Shown: positions 1 through 11,143, counted from the first letter of the stretch. The stretch is DNA of 64,000 nt from Gammaproteobacteria bacterium (GCA_024639325.1 JAHEIO010000005.1:1090-65089), one strand, 5' to 3'. Notes: a model not told the origin generated them from the sequence alone. A program made the numbers and translations.

Positions 1-65
1 GTTTTTTACTTTATCATCCAACCGATTTGCCCGAATCCCGTTCACGTTGAACGAACCTATACGAG

Positions 66-82
66 TGTTGAAATTTTGTACA
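66..82. promoter_or_regulatory. Putative enhancer-binding-protein site (TGT-N11-ACA) upstream of PEP-CTERM gene
   Basis: TGTTGAAATTTTGTACA; second near-copy TGTCGGAAAATTTTACG at 178-194; both lie upstream of a sigma54 motif. Confidence 0.55.
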
Positions 83-98
83 ATTTCCGCTTTTCCGC

Positions 99-111
99 TA
101 AGTCATTGATT
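99..111 (-). promoter_or_regulatory. IHF-binding site
   Basis: Reverse strand AATCAATGACTTA matches WATCAANNNNTTR exactly; second near-match at 226-238 (TTTCAACTAGTTA). Confidence 0.55.
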
Positions 112-258
112 GTGATGGAAATCACGACACCAAAGGTTGTCAACGGTGTAGATACGGAGATGAATGGTCTGTATGGGTGTCGGAAAATTTTACGAAACTT
201 AAAGGAAACTATTCTTTCTGCGCACTAACTAGTTGAAATAAATAATATTTAAAATTTG

Positions 259-274
259 CGGTACGAATATTGCT
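259..274 (+). promoter_or_regulatory. sigma54 (RpoN) -24/-12 promoter
   Basis: CGGTACGAATATTGCT = GG-N10-GC with TTGC at -12. Confidence 0.65.
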
Positions 275-409
275 GCGTGTTATCATTGCTCGAACAACGT
301 AGAATGCGGTCGAAGCCAGGCACCATTTGACCGCGGAATTTCATCGACTCTGAGTAGCAATCGGCGAGGGCAGTATCCGAATGTCCAGGCAGGCGATCAG
401 GTATTACCT

Positions 410-1489
410 ATGTTTTACATGAATAGCTGGGGCGGTCATATTGCCGCGGCCGGCGCGCTGTCGCTTGTCATGCTGAATGCGCAAGCCGCCTTGATGGTGA
501 GTGTAGAGCCTCGGGGCGGTGATTTTACACCCGGCACCAATAAAGCTTTATCCGTCACGACTTCGAATGGATCTGGCGACGTCGTATTTGCGAATCCTGC
601 ATCGCCGTCATCCGTATCCTCAACAAACGGATCAGGCGATGTGGTGTTTGCAAATCCTGGATCGCCCTCATCGGTATCCTCGACGAGCAGTTCCATTAAT
701 CGTTCATCCAGCGGGCCGCGGGCAGGATTAGCCGGCGGTGCTTCAATAGCCAATGGCAGGCCGAGGGTGTCGACCGGCACGGTGACAGGAAATAGCGGTG
801 CCGGTAGAGTGGTGCACGGCTCGAGTATTCGCGGCGGCGGTCACCGGAGCACTGGCGGCAGGTCTGTGCAAGCGATCACTAGCCCGCCAGGGGAGTCAGG
901 CGGAGCGGCGGACGCCAAAGCAATCCCAGATTCGGTTGGTCAGGATTCGGGTGGGGGCAGTGGCTCACCGCGCCCATCGCGTGGAAAGTCGGATCCTAAT
1001 GGCACCAGGCCCAACGGTTCGAAACAGTCTCCGCTAATGTCACCGCAGCCGCCTCGGTTGCTCGCTGATGATTCGTCACCGCGATCACCGCCGGTAGCGC
1101 GCAAACAGCCAACCAACGACACCGTTCCTGACAACGACACCCTGCCTGCGACGCCAACGTTGCCAACTGAACTTCCCGGATTATTAGCTGAAGAAAAGCC
1201 GGAAATTCAAACAAACACATCGAAGAGAATCGATCCTTTGACTGCGTCGATCTCTCCAAGCAACGATTTACTCCTGCAGCCCGCGTTCTTAGCGCCACAC
1301 GAACCGCTGCTGGCACTAAACGAAGGGCTGGATGGCGACAGCTTGTCGTCTACCGACGCCCCGACGGCCAAGGTGGCCGGCGCATTCATCGCTGAACCCA
1401 CGGCGATCCCCGAACCCGCTACCCTGCTCCTTGTCGGCCTGGGCTTAGCCGGTCTTGGCTTCGCGAGGCGGCGCGGGTTGAAGGCTTAA
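410..1489 (+). CDS. PEP-CTERM sorting domain protein, Ser/Gly/Pro-rich
   Basis: Signal peptide ending AQA; low-complexity body; C-terminal IPEPATLLLVGLGLAGLGFARRR. Confidence 0.9.
   Translation: MFYMNSWGGHIAAAGALSLVMLNAQAALMVSVEPRGGDFTPGTNKALSVTTSNGSGDVVFANPASPSSVSSTNGSGDVVFANPGSPSSVSSTSSSINRSSSGPRAGLAGGASIANGRPRVSTGTVTGNSGAGRVVHGSSIRGGGHRSTGGRSVQAITSPPGESGGAADAKAIPDSVGQDSGGGSGSPRPSRGKSDPNGTRPNGSKQSPLMSPQPPRLLADDSSPRSPPVARKQPTNDTVPDNDTLPATPTLPTELPGLLAEEKPEIQTNTSKRIDPLTASISPSNDLLLQPAFLAPHEPLLALNEGLDGDSLSSTDAPTAKVAGAFIAEPTAIPEPATLLLVGLGLAGLGFARRRGLKA
566..685 (+). repeat. 2 x 60-nt in-frame tandem repeat (NGSGDVVFANP[A/G]SPSSVSST)
   Basis: Units 566-625 and 626-685; 19/20 aa identical. Confidence 0.9.
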
Positions 1490-1511
1490 CTGACCGAGTA
1501 CTGCTCACATT

Positions 1512-1536
1512 AACCCCGCCTCGGTGCGGGGTTTTT
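1512..1536 (+). terminator. Rho-independent terminator
   Basis: AACCCCGC-ctcggt-GCGGGGTT stem followed by T run, just after the PEP-CTERM stop. Confidence 0.85.
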
Positions 1537-1599
1537 CTTATTCGAATTTGCCCCATTTCGATGAAGAAATCGCCGGTCGGTGAGGCGGTGGAAGCGGGG

Positions 1600-1860
1600 C
1601 CGATTGATCAACTGTTGGGCCACTCGATCACCTCACGCATCGCCGGCGTCCGCGTGGACCTCAAAATAAATCCGAGTGGCGAACAATCACGAAATCCAAG
1701 TATGAGTGTCAATAAGTTATTGGGTCGATCAGGAACGGTTTCGCCAGAGGATGCACACGGCGCGATCTGGGGTCAAGGCATCTGCTGATATAGGGGGTAC
1801 ACGTGAGTTGCTGTGCGTGCCCCAACTGTGCCCCAAGGAATAAATCGATTGATTTTTAAG
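1600..1860 (+). mobile_element. Possible decayed integrase fragment and att-arm remnant beside the tRNA-Asn 3' end
   Basis: IDQLLGHSITSRIAGV resembles tyrosine-recombinase box II; GTGCCCCAA direct repeats at 1817-1825 and 1828-1836; IHF-like site 1842-1854. Confidence 0.35.
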
Positions 1861-1893
1861 TGAGTGAATATCCGCTGAAAGCATTGTGGGAGT

Positions 1894-1969
1894 TGGCTCC
1901 CCGGGACAGACTCGAACTGCCGACAGGGTGGTTAACAGCCACCTGCTCTACCAACTGAGCTACCGGGGA
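1894..1969 (-). tRNA. tRNA-Asn(GTT)
   Basis: Reverse strand TCCCCGGTAGCTCAGTTGGTAGAGC...CTGTTAA...GTTCGAGTC...GGGGAGCCA, 76 nt. Confidence 0.97.
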
Positions 1970-1984
1970 TCAGAAGGAGGGCGC

Positions 1985-2013
1985 ATGCTACTTCGACTCC
2001 GCGATTTGGTCAA
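1985..2013 (-). promoter_or_regulatory. sigma70 promoter of tRNA-Asn
   Basis: TTGACC-17 nt-TAGCAT on the reverse strand. Confidence 0.6.
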
Positions 2014-2564
2014 GGTGCGGGGCAGGTACTGCTTTCCGCCTTGATTTTACTGACGCGGGTCCTTCCGCTGTGATAGACGGTAATCCTGTATTCGTTTCTG
2101 GCCTGGTCACACAGCGTAAAGGTCCCGTTTCCGGCGCCGCCGTTGGGCCGGAATGTCATACGCCACCAGTGGTTGAACACTACAGACAGCCGTCGAGGCA
2201 CGGTCCCTCCGCGCCGCAGGACGGGCTCATCGGGATCCCGGTTTTTGTCTTCGTCCTCGTTTACGAAGGTGATCCAGCCCATGCTCCAGTCGGCTTGGGA
2301 CTTGCTGCTTGGGGTGCAGTGGGAGGCGTCCTGGCTGCGGCAGATCACGACCGGCTTATTTCGTTTGATTGCCTCCGATCGTGCGTGAAACAGATCGCCC
2401 ATCAGCCGTTGGGTCTGGGTGGCAATTAGGTTTCGCTGGTAAAGATCAATGAAATTGGGCACACCCCAGGTCAGCAGGATGCCAAGCAGAGCCAGGCCGA
2501 GCATCAGTTCGATCAACGTATAACCAGGGAGCGGACGGACGTCTGCCGGTTGCCGCATGTGCAT
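2010..2564 (-). CDS. fimT: GspH/FimT family minor pilin
   Basis: Prepilin motif G/YTLIELM, ARSEAIKRN..VVIC motif; AAGGAG RBS places the start at 2564, inside the longer ORF call. Confidence 0.85.
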   Translation of the reverse strand: MHMRQPADVRPLPGYTLIELMLGLALLGILLTWGVPNFIDLYQRNLIATQTQRLMGDLFHARSEAIKRNKPVVICRSQDASHCTPSSKSQADWSMGWITFVNEDEDKNRDPDEPVLRRGGTVPRRLSVVFNHWWRMTFRPNGGAGNGTFTLCDQARNEYRITVYHSGRTRVSKIKAESSTCPAP

Positions 2565-2661
2565 ATCACTCTCCTTGTGATTCGCGGTGGGGTCTGCCAT
2601 CCTGGACCCCGCCAGTTTCCGGCTAACCCAGCCGGTTGATTGCCGTGTGCTTCGCCACAGG

Positions 2662-3858
2662 TTATTTGGTCCCCAGCGCTTTTGCAAGCCGGTCCAGGGC
2701 CTTGTCCAGCGTGTCCATATCCGTGGCAAATGACAACCTGACGTAACCCTCCATCCCGAATGCCGACCCTGGAACGAGCGCGACGCCGGCTTCGGACAAC
2801 AGCATGGACGCAAATTCGACGTCATTGCTGATATCGTCACGGGCAGAGATCGCACCGGAGCAGTCGGGGAAGCTGTAGAAGGTGCCGTCGCCTTCCAAGG
2901 CATTCACACCCTTCAACGCGTTCAATCTGCTGACTACGTGATCATGGCGGCGTTTGAATTGAACCACCATGTCTTCGACGCATTGCTGGTCACCGGCGAG
3001 TGCCGCTAGACTGGCGTACTGTGAAACCGCCGAGGGATTCGACGTGCTTTGCGACTGGATTTTTTTCATCGCCTGGATGATCGACGAGGGGCCCGCCGCG
3101 TAGCCAATCCGCCATCCGGTCATTGCATAGGCCTTGGAAACCCCGTTGACGACAACCGCGCGATCGGACAAATCGGGGCAAACATTTACCAGATTGACAA
3201 ACGGGCTGCTTGTCCACAGAACGTGCTCATAGATGTCGTCACTTACGACCCAAACCTGGGGATATTTAAGCAGGATGTCGGCTAGCGCAGCCAGTTCACG
3301 TTGTTCATACGAAACGCCCGTTGGATTGCTTGGGCTGTTCATAATCAGCAACCGGGTGCGGTCGTTTATAGCCGCCTCCAGTTGACCCGGTGTGATCTTG
3401 AACCGCTGATCGACACCGGCATCGATAACCACCGGCTTGCCGCCCGCCAGAGCCACCATGTCAGGATAAGACACCCAATAGGGTGCAGGGATAACGACCT
3501 CGTCCCCGTCGTCGAGCAGGGCAAGAAACATGTTGAACAGGCTGTGTTTTGCTCCTGCTGATACCAGAATCTGATCGGACTCGTAGTCCAGGTTGTTTTC
3601 CCGGGAGAATTTTTCCCGTACCGCCGCCTTGAGCGGCGGAATACCGTCAACTGCGGTATATTTCGCGGCGGCGCCAGATTCGATTGCCTTGATTGCAGCG
3701 GCTTTGACATGTTCGGGTGTATCGAAATCCGGTTCGCCGGCGCCGAGCCCGATGACGTCGTGTCCGGCGGCGCGCAGTTCCTGGGCACGTGTGGACACGG
3801 CGATGGTGGGGGAGGGCTTGATCAGACCTACCCTTTTTGACAGCTTTTCACTATTCAC
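2662..3858 (-). CDS. aspC: Class I PLP-dependent (aspartate) aminotransferase
   Basis: GEPDF, NSPSNPTG, DDIY, SKAYAMTGWRIG motifs. Confidence 0.9.
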   Translation of the reverse strand: MNSEKLSKRVGLIKPSPTIAVSTRAQELRAAGHDVIGLGAGEPDFDTPEHVKAAAIKAIESGAAAKYTAVDGIPPLKAAVREKFSRENNLDYESDQILVSAGAKHSLFNMFLALLDDGDEVVIPAPYWVSYPDMVALAGGKPVVIDAGVDQRFKITPGQLEAAINDRTRLLIMNSPSNPTGVSYEQRELAALADILLKYPQVWVVSDDIYEHVLWTSSPFVNLVNVCPDLSDRAVVVNGVSKAYAMTGWRIGYAAGPSSIIQAMKKIQSQSTSNPSAVSQYASLAALAGDQQCVEDMVVQFKRRHDHVVSRLNALKGVNALEGDGTFYSFPDCSGAISARDDISNDVEFASMLLSEAGVALVPGSAFGMEGYVRLSFATDMDTLDKALDRLAKALGTK

Positions 3859-3938
3859 TGTGGACCCTTTGGATTGAGGATGAATTTTAAGTGACTTGTA
3901 TCATTAAACCCGGCTTTTGACAAAGAGGGGATTGCGAG

Positions 3939-6002
3939 TTGTCGAAAGAATTTAGATTGACCAGCGAATTTGCCCCGGCCGGTGACCAGCCTGAAGCTAT
4001 AACAGCGCTGATCGAGGGGATCGACAACGGAGAGGCGTTCCAGACCCTGCTGGGCGTCACGGGGTCCGGCAAGACGTTCACGATCGCAAACGTCATCCAG
4101 GAGACCCAGAGACCGACCCTGGTTCTGGCGCCGAATAAGACCCTTGCAGCGCAGCTATACGCGGAGATGCGGGATTTCTTTCCGGGAAATGCCGTGGAGT
4201 ATTTCGTATCCTACTACGACTATTACCAGCCTGAAGCTTATGTCCCGAGCAGCGATACCTATATTGAAAAGGACGCGTCGATCAACGACCACATAGATCA
4301 GATGCGGCTTTCGGCGACGAAGGCATTGCTGGAGCGCGAGGATGTCGTAATCGTTGCCACCGTATCCGCGATCTATGGTCTGGGCGATCCCGTTGCGTAC
4401 CACGGCATGATCCTGCATCTGCGGGAAGGCGCCATGATCGACCAGCGGGAGATATTGAGGAAACTGGCCGAGCTTCAATACACGAGGAACGACTATGATC
4501 TCAGGCGCGGTACGTTTCGTGTGCGAGGGGATGTGATAGACATCTTCCCGGCGGAATCAGAGCGATATGCTGTGCGGTTGGAGCTGTTCGGGGATGAAAT
4601 CGAAAAGCTGTCTCGGTTCGATCCGTTGACCGGCGAGTCGGACGGGAGGGTAACGCGGATGACCATTTACCCGAAGAGCCACTACGTTACGCCGCGCGAC
4701 ACGATCCTCAACACGCTGGAAGATATCAAACAGGAACTCGTACAGAGGCTCAATCAGCTGCGGGACTCGGACAGGCTGCTGGAGGCCCAGCGGCTGGAGC
4801 AGCGGACCCGATATGATCTGGAAATGATGCAGGAGCTTGGGTATTGCAACGGCATCGAGAATTATTCGCGGTATCTTTCAGGACGTTCACCCGGACAGCC
4901 GCCGCCGACGCTGATCGACTACCTGCCGGGAAATGCCCTGATGATTCTCGACGAGAGCCATGTTCTCGTGCCGCAGCTTGGCGCGATGTATAAGGGTGAC
5001 CGGTCACGGAAGGAAACGCTGGTCGAGTATGGCTTTCGCCTGCCGTCCGCGCTGGACAATCGCCCGCTCAGGTTCGATGAATTCGAAGCCATGATGCCCC
5101 AGACCATATTCGTTTCGGCGACCCCCGGTCCTTACGAACTTGACCGTTCGCCGCAGGTCATCGACCAGGTCGTGCGACCGACCGGGCTGGTCGATCCCGA
5201 GCTTGAGGTGCGCCCCGTGCTCACCCAGGTGGACGATCTGCTGTCGGAAATCAACAAACGTGCAAAATGCCGGGAACGTGTGCTGGTAACCACGCTGACC
5301 AAACGCATGGCAGAAGATCTGACGGACTACCTGACCGAGCACGATATCAAGGTGCGTTACCTCCACTCCGATATCGACACGGTGGAGCGGGTCGAGATCA
5401 TCCGAGACCTCAGGGCGGGCAAATTCGATGTACTGGTCGGTATCAACCTGCTCCGTGAGGGGCTGGATATTCCCGAGGTTTCACTGGTTGCAGTGCTGGA
5501 TGCCGACAAGGAGGGCTTTCTGCGTTCGACCCGTTCGCTGATCCAAACCATCGGCCGTGCGGCACGAAACTTAAATGGCAGGGCGATTCTGTATGCCGAC
5601 AGGGTAACCAATTCGATGCGTAAAGCCATCGACGAGACCGATCGCCGCCGCAAGAAGCAGCACGAATACAACGTAGCCAACGGCATTACGCCCAAGAGTG
5701 TTCAGAAGGCCATCAGGGATATCATCGAGGGCGTATCGGACCCCGCGCGGCGGGGCCGGGTCAGCGCCGCGGTGCGTGAAGAACAGCGCTCGCTGGCGGT
5801 CGCCGAATTCGCCGGAGAGTACGCAGCCATGAGTGCCCGGGAACTGGGTCGTGAGATTGCGCGGCTGGAAAAGACCATGCACGAGCACGCCCACAACCTC
5901 GAATTCGAGGAGGCGGCTGCTATCAGGGACAGGATAACGACGATCAGGCAACAGCATTTCGAGCTGGAGCCCGGGGATCAAACCCGTCGAAAAGTCGGCT
6001 GA
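3939..6002 (+). CDS. uvrB: Excinuclease ABC subunit B
   Basis: [18 protein letters not shown] beta-hairpin, DESH, C-terminal UVR domain. Confidence 0.98.
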   Translation: MSKEFRLTSEFAPAGDQPEAITALIEGIDNGEAFQTLLGVTGSGKTFTIANVIQETQRPTLVLAPNKTLAAQLYAEMRDFFPGNAVEYFVSYYDYYQPEAYVPSSDTYIEKDASINDHIDQMRLSATKALLEREDVVIVATVSAIYGLGDPVAYHGMILHLREGAMIDQREILRKLAELQYTRNDYDLRRGTFRVRGDVIDIFPAESERYAVRLELFGDEIEKLSRFDPLTGESDGRVTRMTIYPKSHYVTPRDTILNTLEDIKQELVQRLNQLRDSDRLLEAQRLEQRTRYDLEMMQELGYCNGIENYSRYLSGRSPGQPPPTLIDYLPGNALMILDESHVLVPQLGAMYKGDRSRKETLVEYGFRLPSALDNRPLRFDEFEAMMPQTIFVSATPGPYELDRSPQVIDQVVRPTGLVDPELEVRPVLTQVDDLLSEINKRAKCRERVLVTTLTKRMAEDLTDYLTEHDIKVRYLHSDIDTVERVEIIRDLRAGKFDVLVGINLLREGLDIPEVSLVAVLDADKEGFLRSTRSLIQTIGRAARNLNGRAILYADRVTNSMRKAIDETDRRRKKQHEYNVANGITPKSVQKAIRDIIEGVSDPARRGRVSAAVREEQRSLAVAEFAGEYAAMSARELGREIARLEKTMHEHAHNLEFEEAAAIRDRITTIRQQHFELEPGDQTRRKVG

Positions 6003-6081
6003 ACGCAGACGAGGAGCAGCGCAATATTGGATGAATTGAACGGATCGCAACAGGTATGATATGTTGCAGAGATTCTGTTAT

Positions 6082-6156
6082 AGGCGCGTAGCTCAGTGGT
6101 AGAGCACTACCTTGACATGGTAGTGGTCGGTGGTTCGATCCCACTCGCGCCTACCA
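6082..6156 (+). tRNA. tRNA-Val(GAC)
   Basis: AGGCGCGTAGCTCAGTGGTAGAGC...TTGACAT...GGTTCGATCCC...CGCGCCTACCA. Confidence 0.97.
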
Positions 6157-6308
6157 CCCGATTCGACGACTTCCGGCAATAAAAGCCTGCAAAACCAGCG
6201 AATTCTGCCAATATTCACTTGAGAAACGTGAGTGTGCGCATTAAAATCCGCGCGCTTCGGCAAACTTTAATTGAGGGCGCATGCTGAAAATATTTTGGGA
6301 GGAACTGG

Positions 6309-6830
6309 ATTATCACGACTGAAAAGCCGCTAAGAGTAAATGAAGAGATCTCCGCACCCACGGTGCGATTGATCAGCACGGAAGGGGAGCAGCTGGGGCT
6401 GGTATCGTCGCAAGAAGCCCTTAAGCTTGCCGAGGGAGAAGGGATGGATCTGGTGGAAATTTCGCCTAATGCCAATCCGCCCGTCTGTCGCATGCTGGAC
6501 TACGGTAAATATCGATATCAGGACAGCAAGCGGAAATCCGTGGCAAGGAAGCGGCAGAAACAAATGCAGGTCAAGGAGGTGAAATTTCGTCCTGGTACGG
6601 ATATCGGCGACTACGGCGTGAAAATCAGGAATCTTAAGAAGTTCCTGGAGAACGGAGACAAGGCAAAGGTCACTCTCCGCTTTCGGGGCAGGGAGATGGC
6701 ACACCAGGAGCTGGGCAGGGAATTGCTGATTAGAGTGGAAGAAGATCTCAAGGAGTACGGTGCCGTTGAGCAGTATCCTAAAATGGAAGGTCGCCAGATG
6801 GTGATGATTATCAGTCCCAAGCGCAAATAG
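6309..6830 (+). CDS. infC: Translation initiation factor IF-3 (ATT or ATC start)
   Basis: RVNEEI, PPVCR, KEVKFRP, RFRGRE motifs; GGGAGG RBS followed by in-frame ATT (6309)/ATC (6312). Confidence 0.95.
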   Translation: MITTEKPLRVNEEISAPTVRLISTEGEQLGLVSSQEALKLAEGEGMDLVEISPNANPPVCRMLDYGKYRYQDSKRKSVARKRQKQMQVKEVKFRPGTDIGDYGVKIRNLKKFLENGDKAKVTLRFRGREMAHQELGRELLIRVEEDLKEYGAVEQYPKMEGRQMVMIISPKRK

Positions 6831-7067
6831 ATACGGAAGCGCAGGATCGAAGGCCAAGACAGATTGCCTCAAAAACATCTGTCAAAAACATAACTGAAAC
6901 CCGCATCAAAATGGCGGATCGACGGCCGAGGCAAGGCACGGGATGTTCGAGCAGTGGAGTTTACACACAGTTAACGAGCACCGCAGAACGGTCCGCAACG
7001 CTGCACGGGTCAGCGAGGCGCATTTTGAGTCAGGTTCTAATCGAAGTGATCAACATCGGGAGGCAGT

Positions 7068-7265
7068 ATGCCTAAAATCAAGACAAACCGGGGTGCAGCG
7101 AAACGGTTCAAGAGAACCGCGAGCGGCGGTTTCAAGCGCTCGTCATCGCATATGAGCCACATCCTGACCAAGAAATCGACTAAACGCAAGCGACACCTGC
7201 GTGCGCAGTCCATGGTGCACAGCGCCGATGCCGCGCTCGTGCGTCGAATGCTGCCGTACAGTTAG
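7068..7265 (+). CDS. rpmI: 50S ribosomal protein L35
   Basis: [15 protein letters not shown]...HILTKK. Confidence 0.98.
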   Translation: MPKIKTNRGAAKRFKRTASGGFKRSSSHMSHILTKKSTKRKRHLRAQSMVHSADAALVRRMLPYS

Positions 7266-7279
7266 AGGAGTGATGGAAC

Positions 7280-7639
7280 ATGCCGAGGGTTAAAAGAGGC
7301 GTTACCGCACGTGCACGTCATCGCAAGGTTCTGGATCGAGCAAAAGGCTATCGTGGCCGTCGAAAAAACGTGTTTAGGGTTGCGAATCAGGCGGTAAACC
7401 GGGCGGAGCAATATGCCTACCGCGACAGGCGTCAGAGGAAACGCCAATTCCGCGCGCTGTGGATAATGCGCATCAACGCCGCCGCCAGAATGCATGGCCT
7501 GAGCTACAGCCGCTTCATCAACGGGCTGACTAAGGCAAACATTGGCCTCGACCGAAAAATCCTGGCCGATATTGCCGTCAACGACAGTAAAGCGTTCGAA
7601 CAGTTGGCCGATCAGGCCAAGGCGGCCCTGGCCAGTTGA
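7280..7639 (+). CDS. rplT: 50S ribosomal protein L20
   Basis: MPRVKRGV...[12 protein letters not shown]. Confidence 0.98.
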   Translation: MPRVKRGVTARARHRKVLDRAKGYRGRRKNVFRVANQAVNRAEQYAYRDRRQRKRQFRALWIMRINAAARMHGLSYSRFINGLTKANIGLDRKILADIAVNDSKAFEQLADQAKAALAS

Positions 7640-7662
7640 CTGGCAGTCCATCTTGAACTCGA

Positions 7663-7684
7663 AGGGGAGGCAAATGCCTCCCCT
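7663..7684 (+). terminator. Stem-loop between rplT and pheS
   Basis: AGGGGAGGCA-AA-TGCCTCCCCT inverted repeat; no clear U-tract. Confidence 0.5.
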
Positions 7685-7686
7685 GA

Positions 7687-8733
<1,047 letters not shown>

Positions 8734-8743
8734 ACTTCCGACA

Positions 8744-11125
8744 ATGATAATCAGCGAACACTGGCTGCGCGAGTGGATAGATCTTGATGCCGATACGACG
8801 GAACTGGTAAGAATTTTGAATATGGGCGGGCTGGAGGTGGATGCGGTTCACCCGGCGGGTCCGCAGCTTGATAATGTTATTGTCGGTCGCATCGTCTCGG
8901 TGGAAAATCATCCCGATTCGGACAGGTTGCGCTTGTGCCAGGTCGATACGGGCGGCAATCATTCCGTAGGCATCGTTTGCGGTGCCCCGAATGCCAGGGC
9001 TGGACTATTTGCCCCGCTGGCTCTGCCCGGTGCCGAGCTTCCGGGCGGTCGGTTGGTGGAGCTGGCGACGATTCGAGGGGTCGATTCTTCGGGCATGTTG
9101 TGCTCCGCGCGGGAACTCGACCTGGGTGATGAGGCGGACGGCTTGCTCGAACTGGATGATAATGCCCGGCCGGGCCAATCACTTCATGACTGCCTGTCAC
9201 TGGGTGATTCGATCATTGAAATCGAATTAACCGCGAATCGGGGAGATTGCCTCAGTATGCTGGGCGTCGCACGCGAACTCTCCGTGTTGACGGGATCCGC
9301 GCTGAATCACCCCGCGCTTCCGATCATCGAGCCGGAGAATGACGCCGGCATCCCCATCACGTTGGACAGCCCGGAGCGTTGCCCTCGTTACGTCGGCCGG
9401 GTAATCGATGGAATTGATGCCAAAGTGAGGACACCCAGCTGGATGTCTGAGCGCCTGCGCCGCTGCGGTGTGCGGCCGGTCAGCGCGGTGGTCGACGTGA
9501 CCAACTACGTGATGCTGGAGATCGGGCAGCCCATGCACGCGTTCGACAAGGATCGGCTGAACGAAAGGATCCTGGTGCGTCAGGCAAGAGAAGGCGAGTC
9601 GATCGAACTTCTCGACGGATCGGTCAATACACTGGACGCGAATATCCTGGTCATAGCCGACGCCGGTGGCGCGGTTGCGATCGCCGGCATCATGGGCGGG
9701 GAATACTCGGCCATCTCGGTGGATTCAAAATCGATCGTGCTGGAGGCCGCATTCTTCGCCCCGCAGGCAATATCCGGCCACGCCAGGCGATATGCCCTCC
9801 ACACCGACGCTTCGCACCGCTTCGAGCGCGGTGTGGACCCTGAACTCCCTCGCATTGCCGCAAATTATGCTACCGCCCTGCTGCAAAAAATCACCGGGGG
9901 CACGCCCGGGCCGGTGATCGAGGCCGCGGACAGCCGGTTTCTACCTGATCCTAAGCCGGTCGCGGTTCGTCACCAGCGTGTCAATCGCCTGATTGGTGTG
10001 GATATCCCCCGGCAGGATATCGAAGCAATATTGAGCCGGGTGGGTTCGCAGATCACGGACTCGGCAACGGGATGGCACGTCGAGCCGCCTTCCTACCGCT
10101 TCGACATCAAAATCGAATGTGACCTGATCGAGGAAATCGCACGGGTCAGAGGTTACGACCGGCTGCCGGCAAGCGTGCCCACGATTAGGCTCGATCGCAT
10201 CGATGCAAGCGACACAAACGTTGCTTCGGATCGCGTGAAATCGGTGCTGGTCGATCGTGATTATCGGGAAGTCATCACCTACAGCTTTGTCGACCCGATT
10301 TTACAACATCGACTGTCGCCCGAAGAGCGGGAAATCGATCTGAAAAATCCGCTTGCTTCGAATCTCTCGGTCATGCGCAGCAGTTTGTGGCCGGGCCTGC
10401 TGCAGGTGATGATCGACAACATCAACAGGCAGCATCGTCGGATACGCCTGTTCGAAGTCGGCAAGACCTTCCACGGGACAGTGGGTGATATCGTCGAGAA
10501 AGAGCGTATCAGCGGCGTCGTCACGGGTACGGTCTGGCCGGAACAATGGGGATGCCGCGAGCGAGGCATGGATTTTTTCGACGTCAAGTCCGATCTGGAA
10601 GCGCTGTTTGCGCTCACCCAGTTGTCGGACCGATTTAGTTTCCAAAGAACTGAACATCATCCGGGACTGCATCCGGGTCAGGCGGCGGTGATCCGAAAAG
10701 ATTCCTCCGAGATTGGATATCTTGGCCGACTGCACCCCGAACACCAGCGAGCCCTGGAACTGCCGCAGCCGGTTTACCTGTTCGAGATCGAGCTTTCTGC
10801 GCTTACCCGTCAAAAAATGCCGGAATACACCGGAATCTCAAGATTTCCGGCCATTCGGCGTGATCTGGCGGTATGGGTCGATGAAGCCGTTTCAGCCGGT
10901 GAACTGCTCGATTTGATATCAACTACCTCAGGCGAATACCTGATAAACCTCGAGTTATTTGACGTGTATCGTCGCGAAGATATTGATTCCAAGAGAAAAA
11001 GCATGGCGTTTAGCTTGACCTTACAGGCATCTTCGCGCACTCTTACAGATAGCGATGTCGAATCAATAATCGACCGAACGCTACGTGAGCTGCATGATCA
11101 TTATGGCGCAGAACTGAGAACATAG
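8744..11125 (+). CDS. pheT: Phenylalanine-tRNA ligase beta subunit
   Basis: MIISEHWLREW start, NRGDCLS, RFERGVDP, DLIEEIAR, FDX-ACB tail. Confidence 0.97.
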   Translation: MIISEHWLREWIDLDADTTELVRILNMGGLEVDAVHPAGPQLDNVIVGRIVSVENHPDSDRLRLCQVDTGGNHSVGIVCGAPNARAGLFAPLALPGAELPGGRLVELATIRGVDSSGMLCSARELDLGDEADGLLELDDNARPGQSLHDCLSLGDSIIEIELTANRGDCLSMLGVARELSVLTGSALNHPALPIIEPENDAGIPITLDSPERCPRYVGRVIDGIDAKVRTPSWMSERLRRCGVRPVSAVVDVTNYVMLEIGQPMHAFDKDRLNERILVRQAREGESIELLDGSVNTLDANILVIADAGGAVAIAGIMGGEYSAISVDSKSIVLEAAFFAPQAISGHARRYALHTDASHRFERGVDPELPRIAANYATALLQKITGGTPGPVIEAADSRFLPDPKPVAVRHQRVNRLIGVDIPRQDIEAILSRVGSQITDSATGWHVEPPSYRFDIKIECDLIEEIARVRGYDRLPASVPTIRLDRIDASDTNVASDRVKSVLVDRDYREVITYSFVDPILQHRLSPEEREIDLKNPLASNLSVMRSSLWPGLLQVMIDNINRQHRRIRLFEVGKTFHGTVGDIVEKERISGVVTGTVWPEQWGCRERGMDFFDVKSDLEALFALTQLSDRFSFQRTEHHPGLHPGQAAVIRKDSSEIGYLGRLHPEHQRALELPQPVYLFEIELSALTRQKMPEYTGISRFPAIRRDLAVWVDEAVSAGELLDLISTTSGEYLINLELFDVYRREDIDSKRKSMAFSLTLQASSRTLTDSDVESIIDRTLRELHDHYGAELRT

Positions 11126-11143
11126 AATAACGGGGTACTGGTT

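Noticed and set aside
2565-2903. N-terminal extension of the 297-aa ORF 2010..2903
   Set aside because: Overlaps aspC; RBS and prepilin motif place the real fimT start at 2564.
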